DNA of 53,812 nucleotides from Promethearchaeota archaeon (GTDB lineage Archaea; Asgardarchaeota; Lokiarchaeia; Sigyniarchaeales; SOKP01): NCBI GenBank assembly GCA_018238625.1, contig JABCSY010000014.1, positions 1 to 53,812 of the forward strand, read 5' to 3'. Shown piece by piece: positions 10,244 to 19,497 of this stretch (position 1 is its first letter; each line of letters starts with the position of its first letter). The notes under the pieces were generated by a model. It saw only the letters and a program-made list of their open reading frames with translations, ran no database searches and was not told where the DNA came from. The position numbers and the translations under genes were made by a program.

Positions 10244-11419
10244 ATGAAAAAGGAATTAAAAGCAATTTTAATTATTGGAACAATACTAATAGCTGCAGTT
10301 GTTTCTTTATCTATTATATTACCATATTTTAAGCAATCACACCCCCCTACTTATAAGGGATTAGTTTATATTTATGTTGATTCATCTATACACGATACAC
10401 TATTTTCAGAAATTACTCAATATAAGCAAGATGTAATTGATCAAGGATATTCAGCAGAACTAATCTCTTGGTCTTCTAACAATGTATCGGAGATTAAACA
10501 GCATTTAATTAATGCCTCCTCTCAAGGATTAAAAGGCGCGGTTCTAATCGGTGATTTACCTTATGCTATGGCGAGACATTGGGATTCTTTGCATGGTCGA
10601 CATTGGAATTATCCTTGTGATTTATATCTTATGGATTTAGATGGGAATTGGTCCGATACAACTACCCCTAATGGCATATTTGATATAGATCAAAACGAAC
10701 ACACAAATGGAACTGGTGATTGGACTCCAGAAATATGGATTGCACGGATCAGCCCTAGCTCTATCGGAGCAACGGGATTCAATTACACAGCAGCTTATAA
10801 AAATTATTTTGACCGCAATTATAAGCTAAGGCATGGTTTTACTAGTAGACCTCACAAAGCATTACTATACATAGATGACGATTGGTCAAGCTATAAGGAC
10901 GAATGGTTAAGCAATTTTACGGCGTATACCGGTAGCGAGGTCGATTGTTATTGGAATGATCCAACTACAACAGCTGCAAACTATATGAATAATATATCTA
11001 CAGTTAATTACGAATTTGTCCATTTGCTCGTTCATTCATGGCCAACTCAGCATCTTTTTGGACCTCCATACGCGCTTGGATCTGAGGGGATTTTAACGCA
11101 CGAAAACATTTATGGAAACAGTACTTTACCGTTATTTTATAATTTATTCGCATGTTTTTCATGTAATTATACCCAAGTTAACAATACTGGAACATATTAT
11201 CTGTTTTCGGATAATACTTTGACCGTAATTGGGAGCTCAAGAGATGGCGGTATGGATTTATATCAACCCTTCTATGACGATTTAAGCCAAGGAGCAATAA
11301 TTGGCGATGCTTTTGTAACATGGTTCCATAATCCTGAAATTGTTAAGTGGAATAAGGAATTATTATATTATGGAATGACTATATTGGGAGATCCTCTTCT
11401 TACGATGTACATGACGTAA
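10244..11419 (+). CDS. Membrane-anchored peptidase C25 (gingipain-like) family protein
   Basis: N-terminal TM/signal, VLIGDLP, DLYLMDLDG, PEIWIARI, candidate His/Cys dyad (VHS, FAC), C-terminal ILGDP. Confidence 0.72.
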   Translation: MKKELKAILIIGTILIAAVVSLSIILPYFKQSHPPTYKGLVYIYVDSSIHDTLFSEITQYKQDVIDQGYSAELISWSSNNVSEIKQHLINASSQGLKGAVLIGDLPYAMARHWDSLHGRHWNYPCDLYLMDLDGNWSDTTTPNGIFDIDQNEHTNGTGDWTPEIWIARISPSSIGATGFNYTAAYKNYFDRNYKLRHGFTSRPHKALLYIDDDWSSYKDEWLSNFTAYTGSEVDCYWNDPTTTAANYMNNISTVNYEFVHLLVHSWPTQHLFGPPYALGSEGILTHENIYGNSTLPLFYNLFACFSCNYTQVNNTGTYYLFSDNTLTVIGSSRDGGMDLYQPFYDDLSQGAIIGDAFVTWFHNPEIVKWNKELLYYGMTILGDPLLTMYMT

Positions 11420-11521
11420 TTTCAGCTTTAAATTAGTAAGATTTTATTTATTTTTTTCAAATTTTCTTTTTTTCTAATGTGCCTTAAAACTTTTTTTATC
11501 TCTCTTCATGTATTTTAATTA

Positions 11522-12178
11522 ATGGGAAAAAAAAAGAATATAATTTTAAGTTTCGATTTAGATAATACTCTAATCGATAATAGAGAAGGGATCGTTAATT
11601 CCTTCAATTACGCCTTGAAAAAATATAATCTCCCGCCCCTCGAAAGAAATAGGATCGAAAAAATGATTGGTACGCCTTTAGATGACATGTTTGAAGAAAT
11701 TTCTAATATTAATCCAAAAAAGTTATCTACCGCTTTTCGCGAATATTACGGAAAAAAAGGAATTTACCAAGCAACCCTATTGCCTGGAGTTAGAGAAAAG
11801 TTAAACGAATTGAAACAAAAAAATTTTACCCTGGGCGTAATTACTTCAAAGAAGCAAGAAATGGCAATTAGAATCATAAAGTACTTAGGAATCTATAGGT
11901 ATTTTGAATATATCTTAGGAGAAAGCGAAAATATTAAGAGCAAATTAGACCCTAATCTGAAATCTTTTTTATTGAATAAATATAAAGGCTTTTTTATCGT
12001 GATTATTGGCGACCATCCTAAAGATGCGGCTCTTGCTGAAAATATTGGTGCACCATTCATAGGAGTATTAACAGGAAACCATTCCGCCGCAGAACTACAG
12101 CAAAATAGCACTGTAAAAACTCAAATTTTAAGTAGCGTTAAGGAGATAAAGCCTAATATGATTTATTCCTTATTATAA
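11522..12178 (+). CDS. HAD-superfamily hydrolase (phosphoglycolate phosphatase-like)
   Basis: FDLDNTL motif I, VITSK motif II, IGDHPKD motif IV. Confidence 0.9.
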   Translation: MGKKKNIILSFDLDNTLIDNREGIVNSFNYALKKYNLPPLERNRIEKMIGTPLDDMFEEISNINPKKLSTAFREYYGKKGIYQATLLPGVREKLNELKQKNFTLGVITSKKQEMAIRIIKYLGIYRYFEYILGESENIKSKLDPNLKSFLLNKYKGFFIVIIGDHPKDAALAENIGAPFIGVLTGNHSAAELQQNSTVKTQILSSVKEIKPNMIYSLL

Positions 12179-12225
12179 AATAACAACAGATTAAAAATAA
12201 TAAAAAAAGTAAAAAAAGAATTAAG

Positions 12226-13680
12226 TTATTCTTTCAAATCTTCGTATTGTTCCATAAACTCTTTGGGTTTCCATTGTTCTTGCATGTATTTGCCAATTCC
12301 AGAACTATCTCTTGGCCCTACAACAACAAAACAATCAGCTTCGTCTTCCAAAGCTCCACTTAAACGTGCAGCCATTCCGGGAATAATCAAAATACGATGA
12401 TTAACCTTATCAAACGCTTTAAATTCTTTTGTTGCTTCAGCAATAGATCCTGCGCTAAATTGTCCTCCGGCTACCGCCGATTCAATCCCGATTCCCTCGG
12501 AGTCCACTACTAGAAGATACGCGTCTAAATTCGCCCCTTTTATGTCTATTTCAACCGGAATTTTTGTTAGACGGTAGTTTGAAGTTACAAAAATAGGAGA
12601 TTTATCTGTTGGCTCTCCAATTTCGTATATTCCAGGATCTGCAGCGGGATAGATGCGAGGATCGGAAAAAATACTCTGTCTTAAAGTCATCATTGCCAGA
12701 AGAGCCCAAATATCTTCTTTTCTTTTACCAGAATGCAAAACAATGAGGTTTGTATCAATTGACTCCATGATCGCTCCCATAATTAATTCTTGGTATTGAT
12801 GCTCCCAGAGTCCCTTATCATCGTCAATTTTCACTTGACTCCAATAAGCAGCAGGAACTCCCATAACAGGCCAACCTGCATTCGCGTCTTCTTTATCAAT
12901 AGCCGCAATTCTCAATTGCATTATATTATCGTAAGTCAATGCTATGTTGCCTGGACCGAAGACGGTCGTGGGGTCTAATACTATGCCTGTCACGCCTAAC
13001 TTCTGTAGAGTAGCACTTAAGGATATTAATTCGTCTAAATCGCTTGAAACTGCCACCACAGGTAAATTGTTCTCAACCGCAAATTTTCCAATTTGTTCCC
13101 ATGAATCTTTGGTTGCGGCGTAGAGTAATGGTTTTTTATCTTTAATTTCAGCAGCAGCAGCTAACAAAATATCCGGGTTAAAACACGCTAACATTACGGG
13201 AAGATCTGAAACCTCTGTTAATTTCTTTGCAGCTAGTCTAAATTGCTCAGCGTCTCCAGACACACATCTTAGAGCAATGCCGCTAACCCTAAGAACATCT
13301 CCCATTCTTTCGAGTTTTACTTCGGCTAAATATTTAGCAATTTCTTCTAAATCATTTTCATCGTCGGCGATTTGTATAAAAATTTGTGTTTCATTATAAT
13401 ACGTGAGCTGATGGCGATTAAGAACTTCTTCACCCCCAACTATACATTTTCGTTCTCCTATTCCAATAAATACTGGTTTTTGTGGAGGTGTTGTAATTTT
13501 TATTAACTTATCGCGTTTTTTAAATTGCTTAGGATCTTGCATGAGGTGCGAACAGTCCTGCACCACAACATTTCTTTCAAGTAAGTCTGTTGCAAAGGCC
13601 ATACATGTATCTCTACCACAATCTTTGCAATTACTCTTATCTAAAAGCGCATAAATTTCTAACGGACTCGGTCTTGCCAT
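12226..13680 (-). CDS. cdhE: Corrinoid iron-sulfur protein large subunit (ACDS gamma, CdhE/AcsC)
   Basis: NCKDCGRDTCMAFA...C [4Fe-4S] motif, VGGEEVLNRH, PLLYAAT, SDPR, VTSNYRLT, VGPRDSS. Confidence 0.93.
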   Translation of the reverse strand: MARPSPLEIYALLDKSNCKDCGRDTCMAFATDLLERNVVVQDCSHLMQDPKQFKKRDKLIKITTPPQKPVFIGIGERKCIVGGEEVLNRHQLTYYNETQIFIQIADDENDLEEIAKYLAEVKLERMGDVLRVSGIALRCVSGDAEQFRLAAKKLTEVSDLPVMLACFNPDILLAAAAEIKDKKPLLYAATKDSWEQIGKFAVENNLPVVAVSSDLDELISLSATLQKLGVTGIVLDPTTVFGPGNIALTYDNIMQLRIAAIDKEDANAGWPVMGVPAAYWSQVKIDDDKGLWEHQYQELIMGAIMESIDTNLIVLHSGKRKEDIWALLAMMTLRQSIFSDPRIYPAADPGIYEIGEPTDKSPIFVTSNYRLTKIPVEIDIKGANLDAYLLVVDSEGIGIESAVAGGQFSAGSIAEATKEFKAFDKVNHRILIIPGMAARLSGALEDEADCFVVVGPRDSSGIGKYMQEQWKPKEFMEQYEDLKE

Positions 13681-13839
13681 TTCACTTTCTCCAAATTTGT
13701 TATTTTTAAAATTTAATAATTTTAAAATATATAATATTTAGTTTAGTCAAATTTTACAATTAAAATTTGGTTTTTTGAATATTTATAAAATAATGCATAA
13801 GAAAAAAAAAATTAGTATTTTATTCAAAATGACATTTTT

Positions 13840-15237
13840 TTAGGTTGATAAAAATAGCAAGGGAACTAATGCCAGGGTTGATAGCACTCCGGCGATTAAA
13901 ATTAAGGTCTCAATCGGAACAAAAGCAGAGAAATAAGTTCCTAATGGAATGAAGATTACACAAGAAAACGCGTATGCTAGTTTTAAACACTGGAACAAAA
14001 ACGTTTTATACTTCCCGTTATTAGAAATCGTGATCATTAGCGATGTATAATTTAACATCATTACACCGGCAATTACTTGAATAATTCCTTGGATAATCAT
14101 CAAAAATAAAAAATCTGAAATCGCCATCAGAAAAGTTAAAACAACATATAATCCAACTGTAATTGCGATGATCTTTTTTCGATTAGATAGCTTTAAAGCA
14201 TACAATACTTCATTTTGATTATCATTTTTAATGTCCAATTTATAGCGATTTTCAGCCACAATATTGTTAATTCTATTATTCTCTTTGTTTGAAATTCGTT
14301 GCCCTATTATCCAACCTCCAATGTTAAGTAAGATCAACACAATATACAATAACGAGTAAATCTTAAATCCTTGCTCTCCGAATCTGGTTAAAATCCAGGA
14401 CGAAAAAGGAAATTGATACAATTTATCACTCCAAATCAATAAGTACGATAGAAATAACAGAAACAAATTCAAATTATTGTTTCCCCCTAAACTTATAATA
14501 TCCCTCTCACATTGTTCGAGTTTTTTTTCCGGTTTTTTAGCTGTTTCTCTCAAAAGAACTGTTGATAAGATTATAGGAAGAGAGGATAAGAAACCAATAA
14601 AGAAAAAACCATTCCATTGATTAACATTAAAGATATCGTTTACAGTAAAAAGGAAGACAACTGAAGGGATAAATGAGCCAATATTCGATGATATATTTAT
14701 TGCCGTTAAGCTACTATCCTTCAAACCTTCGTTTATGGAGAGATCTATAATCATTTTTGAAATTCCCACCTTAACTATTTCTTGACTTAACAAATTAATC
14801 GCTAAAAAAAGACCGAACACACCTAAGTTTCTCCCACCAAACACAGAAAATAAAAAGCTAGCCAAAAAAAGTATACTGGATGATATTATTATTAACTTTT
14901 TATTTTTGGAATATCTATCAAATAAATACCCTAAAATTGGTCCTGAGAACATAACGAGATAAATAAATATTTGAATGAAGGCTAACTCACTCCTATTAAC
15001 ATTCAGGACATTTAATAAAAAGACTGGAAGGTATACAACTAAATAGATCCTAATTACACTAATAGCAAAATAGAGAAGGAAGAAACCAAAATAGTTTAAC
15101 CTCCTAACACTTTCTTTTTTTGACTTCTTAAAAGGTCCAATGTTCCATTTATATTTTAATTCTGATATTTTAAGTGATTCTTTAGCCGTTGCTCTATTTT
15201 TGTTATTTAACATTTTAAATTTACCAACTCGAGACAT
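13840..15237 (-). CDS. MFS transporter (AmpG/PAT-like)
   Basis: About 12 hydrophobic helices, motif A-like GYLFDRYSK; subfamily assignment by loose resemblance only. Confidence 0.75.
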   Translation of the reverse strand: MSRVGKFKMLNNKNRATAKESLKISELKYKWNIGPFKKSKKESVRRLNYFGFFLLYFAISVIRIYLVVYLPVFLLNVLNVNRSELAFIQIFIYLVMFSGPILGYLFDRYSKNKKLIIISSSILFLASFLFSVFGGRNLGVFGLFLAINLLSQEIVKVGISKMIIDLSINEGLKDSSLTAINISSNIGSFIPSVVFLFTVNDIFNVNQWNGFFFIGFLSSLPIILSTVLLRETAKKPEKKLEQCERDIISLGGNNNLNLFLLFLSYLLIWSDKLYQFPFSSWILTRFGEQGFKIYSLLYIVLILLNIGGWIIGQRISNKENNRINNIVAENRYKLDIKNDNQNEVLYALKLSNRKKIIAITVGLYVVLTFLMAISDFLFLMIIQGIIQVIAGVMMLNYTSLMITISNNGKYKTFLFQCLKLAYAFSCVIFIPLGTYFSAFVPIETLILIAGVLSTLALVPLLFLST

Positions 15238-15385
15238 ACAATAATTTACTTTTTTATTTATTTGTTTTCAAATTTATAAACTACACAATTAATATTATTC
15301 TGATGTATTTTGAGATTCTAACAAACATTTAGATTAGAAGGTAATGAAAATTCTTTCTATGGTAAATCTATCGCGCCAGGATTTC

Positions 15386-15452
15386 AAAAAAAAGGAAAAA
15401 AATATAGTTTTCCCGCCATAATTAGGTTATTCAATAACCTAAGCGGGAGAAA
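15386..15452 (-). terminator. Hairpin plus U-tract terminator/attenuator downstream of the micro-ORF
   Basis: TTAGGTTATT-C-AATAACCTAA perfect inverted repeat (15422-15442) extended by TCCCGC (15411-15416)/GCGGGA (15443-15448); followed on the minus strand by TTTTTTTCCTTTTTTTT. Confidence 0.6.
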
Positions 15453-15455
15453 CAT

Positions 15456-15485
15456 TTAGGGTGTAGTATTAGCAGTTCCTGGCAT
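15456..15485 (-). CDS. Candidate 9-aa micro-peptide MPGTANTTP
   Basis: ATG at 15485-15483, TAA at 15458-15456, GAGGT SD 8 nt upstream, TATA-like TTTAAGTA at 15539-15532, hairpin immediately after the stop. Confidence 0.45.
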   Translation of the reverse strand: MPGTANTTP

Positions 15486-15758
15486 CTTACTTTACCTCAA
15501 TTTATTTTGATGAAATTTCAATTGCTTATTGTACTTAAACCCGCTAACTTAAACCAACGAGTTTTAATAGCATTACACTATCTCACAATATTTATTCATA
15601 AATAGATATAAAAACATAGAGAAAAAAGCGGATTTTTTATTATACTAAAAAACCCCGATTAATCATTAAATTTATAAATTAATCGCATGAAAAAGTATTT
15701 AAGTTCTTACGCTAAATAAATTCATAATTCTAAAGCGTATTTATCTAAGATTGAATAA

Positions 15759-18700
15759 ATGGCAAAATTAAATATCGATTTTTTAATAGAAACTCCAATC
15801 AAAAAAATCCTTGAAAAGATTGATTATTTTTTTCGTGAACTTCTTCGGGAAATTGAATCCTATCTCAATATTGAAGTAATTTACCCTAAAATAAACGTAG
15901 TTTTAAAAAATGAAGAATCCAGCGTTTCAAGTGCGTCAGATAACATTTTTTCGATAGGGGATGAGAGATCTTATAAAAATGATATTCTCACTATTAAAAT
16001 ATTATCAGATTTTTTTCAATACATCCAATTTATTATGCTAAGAGAAGCGTATAGATGTTTTATTCCTCTTTTCGCCAACCAAATGAAAATAATTGATATT
16101 TTCGTAAATCAAAAAGTATTAATCGATCTTAAAAAATTAAAATCTAGCAACGAATGGAACCTGCTCATACGGGATAAACTAGTTAATTATAAGCTCATTT
16201 CGGGAGAGTTAGATCGCTTAGAGAATTTTTTGAAACGTGAAAGTACTGAGAATATTGATAGTCCCTTTATCTTTTTCTTTAAATATATAAGAAAAAATAT
16301 CCAAATTATTAATGAAAAAGAGCAAAATTTTTATGAAATTTTTTTCAAGGAATTTTTATTAGTTTCCTCAAAATCACTATTCAATGACGAAATAATAGAA
16401 ACAATAAGAGTTCTTGATAAAATCTTCAACCAGGTAAAATATTATTCTGCATTATTAGACTATCAAGACTATTTTTCCTTATTTAAAGAAAATGGAATGA
16501 TTGATACTGATCTAAGTCTAAACAAGTTTACTGAAAACATGCAGTGGATTAAAAATTTTAGTTCTATATCTCCAAGTTATAGAGTAAACTGGCCGTCATT
16601 AAATATACTCTCGATAAATTGCTGCATTAAATTCAACCCCTTTATTAAGAGATCAGAATTACTCAAATTCATTAATGAGCTACCCTTTTTTGTTCTTCTT
16701 AAGGAATCCAGAAATAGTTTTGGATTCGAAATTGATGGGTATTTTGTTATACCAAAAATTTATATTGATGATTTAAAAAGATTCCTTGAGAAATTAGAAG
16801 ATTATGGATATTTTCTTCAAATTAAGTTTAGTATCCTTGAAAAAACTGAATCATTTGTTAACTTAAATTATTTTCGAGAATATCATGATAAAAAAACAAT
16901 TGTTAATAGAAATCACAAATTCTATGACAGTAAATATGAGTTAGATTTTTCGATTGCATATGGTAAAGAAGTTATTATACCTCATTTGTCACTTCTCGAT
17001 TGGTTAATAATCGGAAGAATTCGTTACTTTTCACAAACCGGATTTAATTTCGAAAGAAGAGCTGGAACTCTTAAGTTATTAAAATCAGACATTATTAACG
17101 AAATTATTAGTCAAAAGAAATTTATTACTGACTTAAAAACAAATTTGCTAATTATTCATTCCTCTTTAAAACTCAGAAACAATTTTCTTGATTTTTTAAA
17201 AACAAATGAATCCTTTGGCTTCTTTTACATTAAAAATATGCTTAACGATTATATCTTTACTTTTAACCTAATTAAAGATATTTTAACTAAAAATCCTTCT
17301 ATCAACAGTGGCTTTAAATTTCTTGAATATTTTAAAAGACAAGGAGTCTCGAATTCAATCGAAAATAACATTACCTTTAAAAATTCAACAATTAAAAAGA
17401 CAATTGTTAACCAATTCCTACCATTATATTTTAAATCAAAGGAGAATTTTGAAGAAGAAATTAACAAATATACTAGTTTTTTTAAAGTAATTAGTTCTTG
17501 TTACGATTTGAAGATCTTCAATCTTCAATCAATTCGCATGATTGTAGAAGATAGATCATTAATAAACACAATTTATAAATCTAAGGAAGAGAAATTAATG
17601 AGTTCATATGAGAGTTACGAATTACCCGATATAACATATCAATTAATTGAGGAAAAGTTAGATTTTTACCTAAAGAGCAAACCACCTGTAATTAAACCAA
17701 ATTTGATCGCAAATATTGTAGCTTCAAAGGTTCAAGTTTTTATTGTTTTATTAAAAAATAACGAGGAAACTTTAGAAAATCTTAAAAAAATAACTTTTAT
17801 ATCAAAGAGAATGTCGATTAGTTCTGGAGAAATACTAAATGCAGTGATATTAATTCCATACTTAAGTAGCAGTGAGAAGGGGACATTTATTTCATTATTG
17901 ACAAATATTTTTAAAGAAAATCTGATCAGTATTAAAAGATATTTGTGGAGCTATCTTCAACAGGCGTTTTCAAGGAAAGACTTTTACGATTTAGATCAGA
18001 AAAAGTTTTTCTATACAAAAGACCTTTTTGAGCAGGTTTTCCTAAATGCGAGAATTATTCTTGGTGAAGTACAAAAACCACTCTCAGAAGTCCAAAATAT
18101 ACCGCATAATATATTTTGGTCAAAAGAAGAAGACATTTCTCATTTGATTCACTCTGTCGAGGCGCGCATTAGAGGAGAGCGTGTAGATTTAAGTGTAAAT
18201 AAGTTAAATGACCTTAGCGAATTCCATAATAAATTAGAAGAAAATTTGTTAAATCTTAGCGAGTTTAAAGAATCCCAAGATAAGTTTTTCTTCAAAAACT
18301 ACCTTAAATCAATCGATTTTATACCTTCCTTTCAGAAATTCGGAATGAGTCAATATTTCTTGTATTTCTATCCTACGGATATTAATCAAATTGATTTTAA
18401 GCTTTTAATGAACAACTCTTTCCAATCTATTAGTTATCCCGCTCAGATTGATAACTCAAATTCTTTCTTATGCCAATACATTTTTCCTTTTCGCAATCCT
18501 GGTATATCTCCGTATTTAAATTGGCTAACTAAATCGAAAAAAATCGTCAGAGAATATTGCCTATTTTTCATTAAAAAAGTGTATCAAATATTACATTTTA
18601 ATTACAATTTGAGTTCAGATGGTTGGGATCTTGACCCAAATCGGTTTAAGATATATTTTCAAAATATATTGTTTAATCCTGATTATAAAATCCAAATTCC

Positions 18701-19370
18701 TGATTTAAAGGAGTTCAATGATGGTGATTTAAACAGTTCAAGTTATCTAGGCCCCAATTCCTCTGAATTCAAAGAGCTATCTCAAATATATAACTGGAAA
18801 TCGTTGGATATTAAATCTTACTTAACGAGACGTTATTTTAAAATAAATACAAGTATAATAGAATTGTTAAAGAAAGGATTAATTCAACCTTTTATTTCTT
18901 TAAAGAATTTAGATTTAGTGGAAGAGATTACTATCATTTTACCAAATGTAGATAAAAAACATAACGAGTCAATTCTTAAGATTTTTAGCTTTTTTAACGT
19001 TGGTTTCATCTACGAAGTAGAAGGGGCGTATTATATTCACGGATTTGACGAAGTGATAAAGTTTGAGAACGGAATGATGATAAAATTACGCTTGCCAGAT
19101 TGTCAACTTGACGAGTTTGAGAAGCTTTTCGACCTAGTTTTTGAATATTTGGAAATTGACCATTACCTTGTTTTAAACGATTTAGTTGACGGAAGAAACT
19201 TAATTAAATCAACATTTAAAGAGTTGAAATTCTTAGAGACCTACAACCCTTTAATTAATCTTATTTGGAACGCTAAAGACAAGAGATGGCGGAACCATAA
19301 ATTATTTAACGAGAATTTTGAACCGGTTTATCCTGATTTGTTTTATGGAAAAGATAAATACGATTTATAG
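15759..19370 (+). CDS. Very large protein with several degenerate Lrp/AsnC-like (wHTH-RAM) modules
   Basis: 1203-aa uninterrupted ORF; Lrp-like segments LSLLDWLII, IELLKKGLIQPFISLKNLDL..ITIILP, FIPSFQKFGMSQYFLYF; N-terminal MLREAYRCF. Confidence 0.65.
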   Translation: MAKLNIDFLIETPIKKILEKIDYFFRELLREIESYLNIEVIYPKINVVLKNEESSVSSASDNIFSIGDERSYKNDILTIKILSDFFQYIQFIMLREAYRCFIPLFANQMKIIDIFVNQKVLIDLKKLKSSNEWNLLIRDKLVNYKLISGELDRLENFLKRESTENIDSPFIFFFKYIRKNIQIINEKEQNFYEIFFKEFLLVSSKSLFNDEIIETIRVLDKIFNQVKYYSALLDYQDYFSLFKENGMIDTDLSLNKFTENMQWIKNFSSISPSYRVNWPSLNILSINCCIKFNPFIKRSELLKFINELPFFVLLKESRNSFGFEIDGYFVIPKIYIDDLKRFLEKLEDYGYFLQIKFSILEKTESFVNLNYFREYHDKKTIVNRNHKFYDSKYELDFSIAYGKEVIIPHLSLLDWLIIGRIRYFSQTGFNFERRAGTLKLLKSDIINEIISQKKFITDLKTNLLIIHSSLKLRNNFLDFLKTNESFGFFYIKNMLNDYIFTFNLIKDILTKNPSINSGFKFLEYFKRQGVSNSIENNITFKNSTIKKTIVNQFLPLYFKSKENFEEEINKYTSFFKVISSCYDLKIFNLQSIRMIVEDRSLINTIYKSKEEKLMSSYESYELPDITYQLIEEKLDFYLKSKPPVIKPNLIANIVASKVQVFIVLLKNNEETLENLKKITFISKRMSISSGEILNAVILIPYLSSSEKGTFISLLTNIFKENLISIKRYLWSYLQQAFSRKDFYDLDQKKFFYTKDLFEQVFLNARIILGEVQKPLSEVQNIPHNIFWSKEEDISHLIHSVEARIRGERVDLSVNKLNDLSEFHNKLEENLLNLSEFKESQDKFFFKNYLKSIDFIPSFQKFGMSQYFLYFYPTDINQIDFKLLMNNSFQSISYPAQIDNSNSFLCQYIFPFRNPGISPYLNWLTKSKKIVREYCLFFIKKVYQILHFNYNLSSDGWDLDPNRFKIYFQNILFNPDYKIQIPDLKEFNDGDLNSSSYLGPNSSEFKELSQIYNWKSLDIKSYLTRRYFKINTSIIELLKKGLIQPFISLKNLDLVEEITIILPNVDKKHNESILKIFSFFNVGFIYEVEGAYYIHGFDEVIKFENGMMIKLRLPDCQLDEFEKLFDLVFEYLEIDHYLVLNDLVDGRNLIKSTFKELKFLETYNPLINLIWNAKDKRWRNHKLFNENFEPVYPDLFYGKDKYDL

Positions 19371-19497
19371 TTAATATTCTGTTTTTTTTTCTTATATAAA
19401 AATTGAAATTCATAATAAAACGACAATTTTGTATGTATATGCTTTTAATCTTTGAATTTCAAAAAAAATAAAACAGTTCAAATTTTTTCCTATACAA

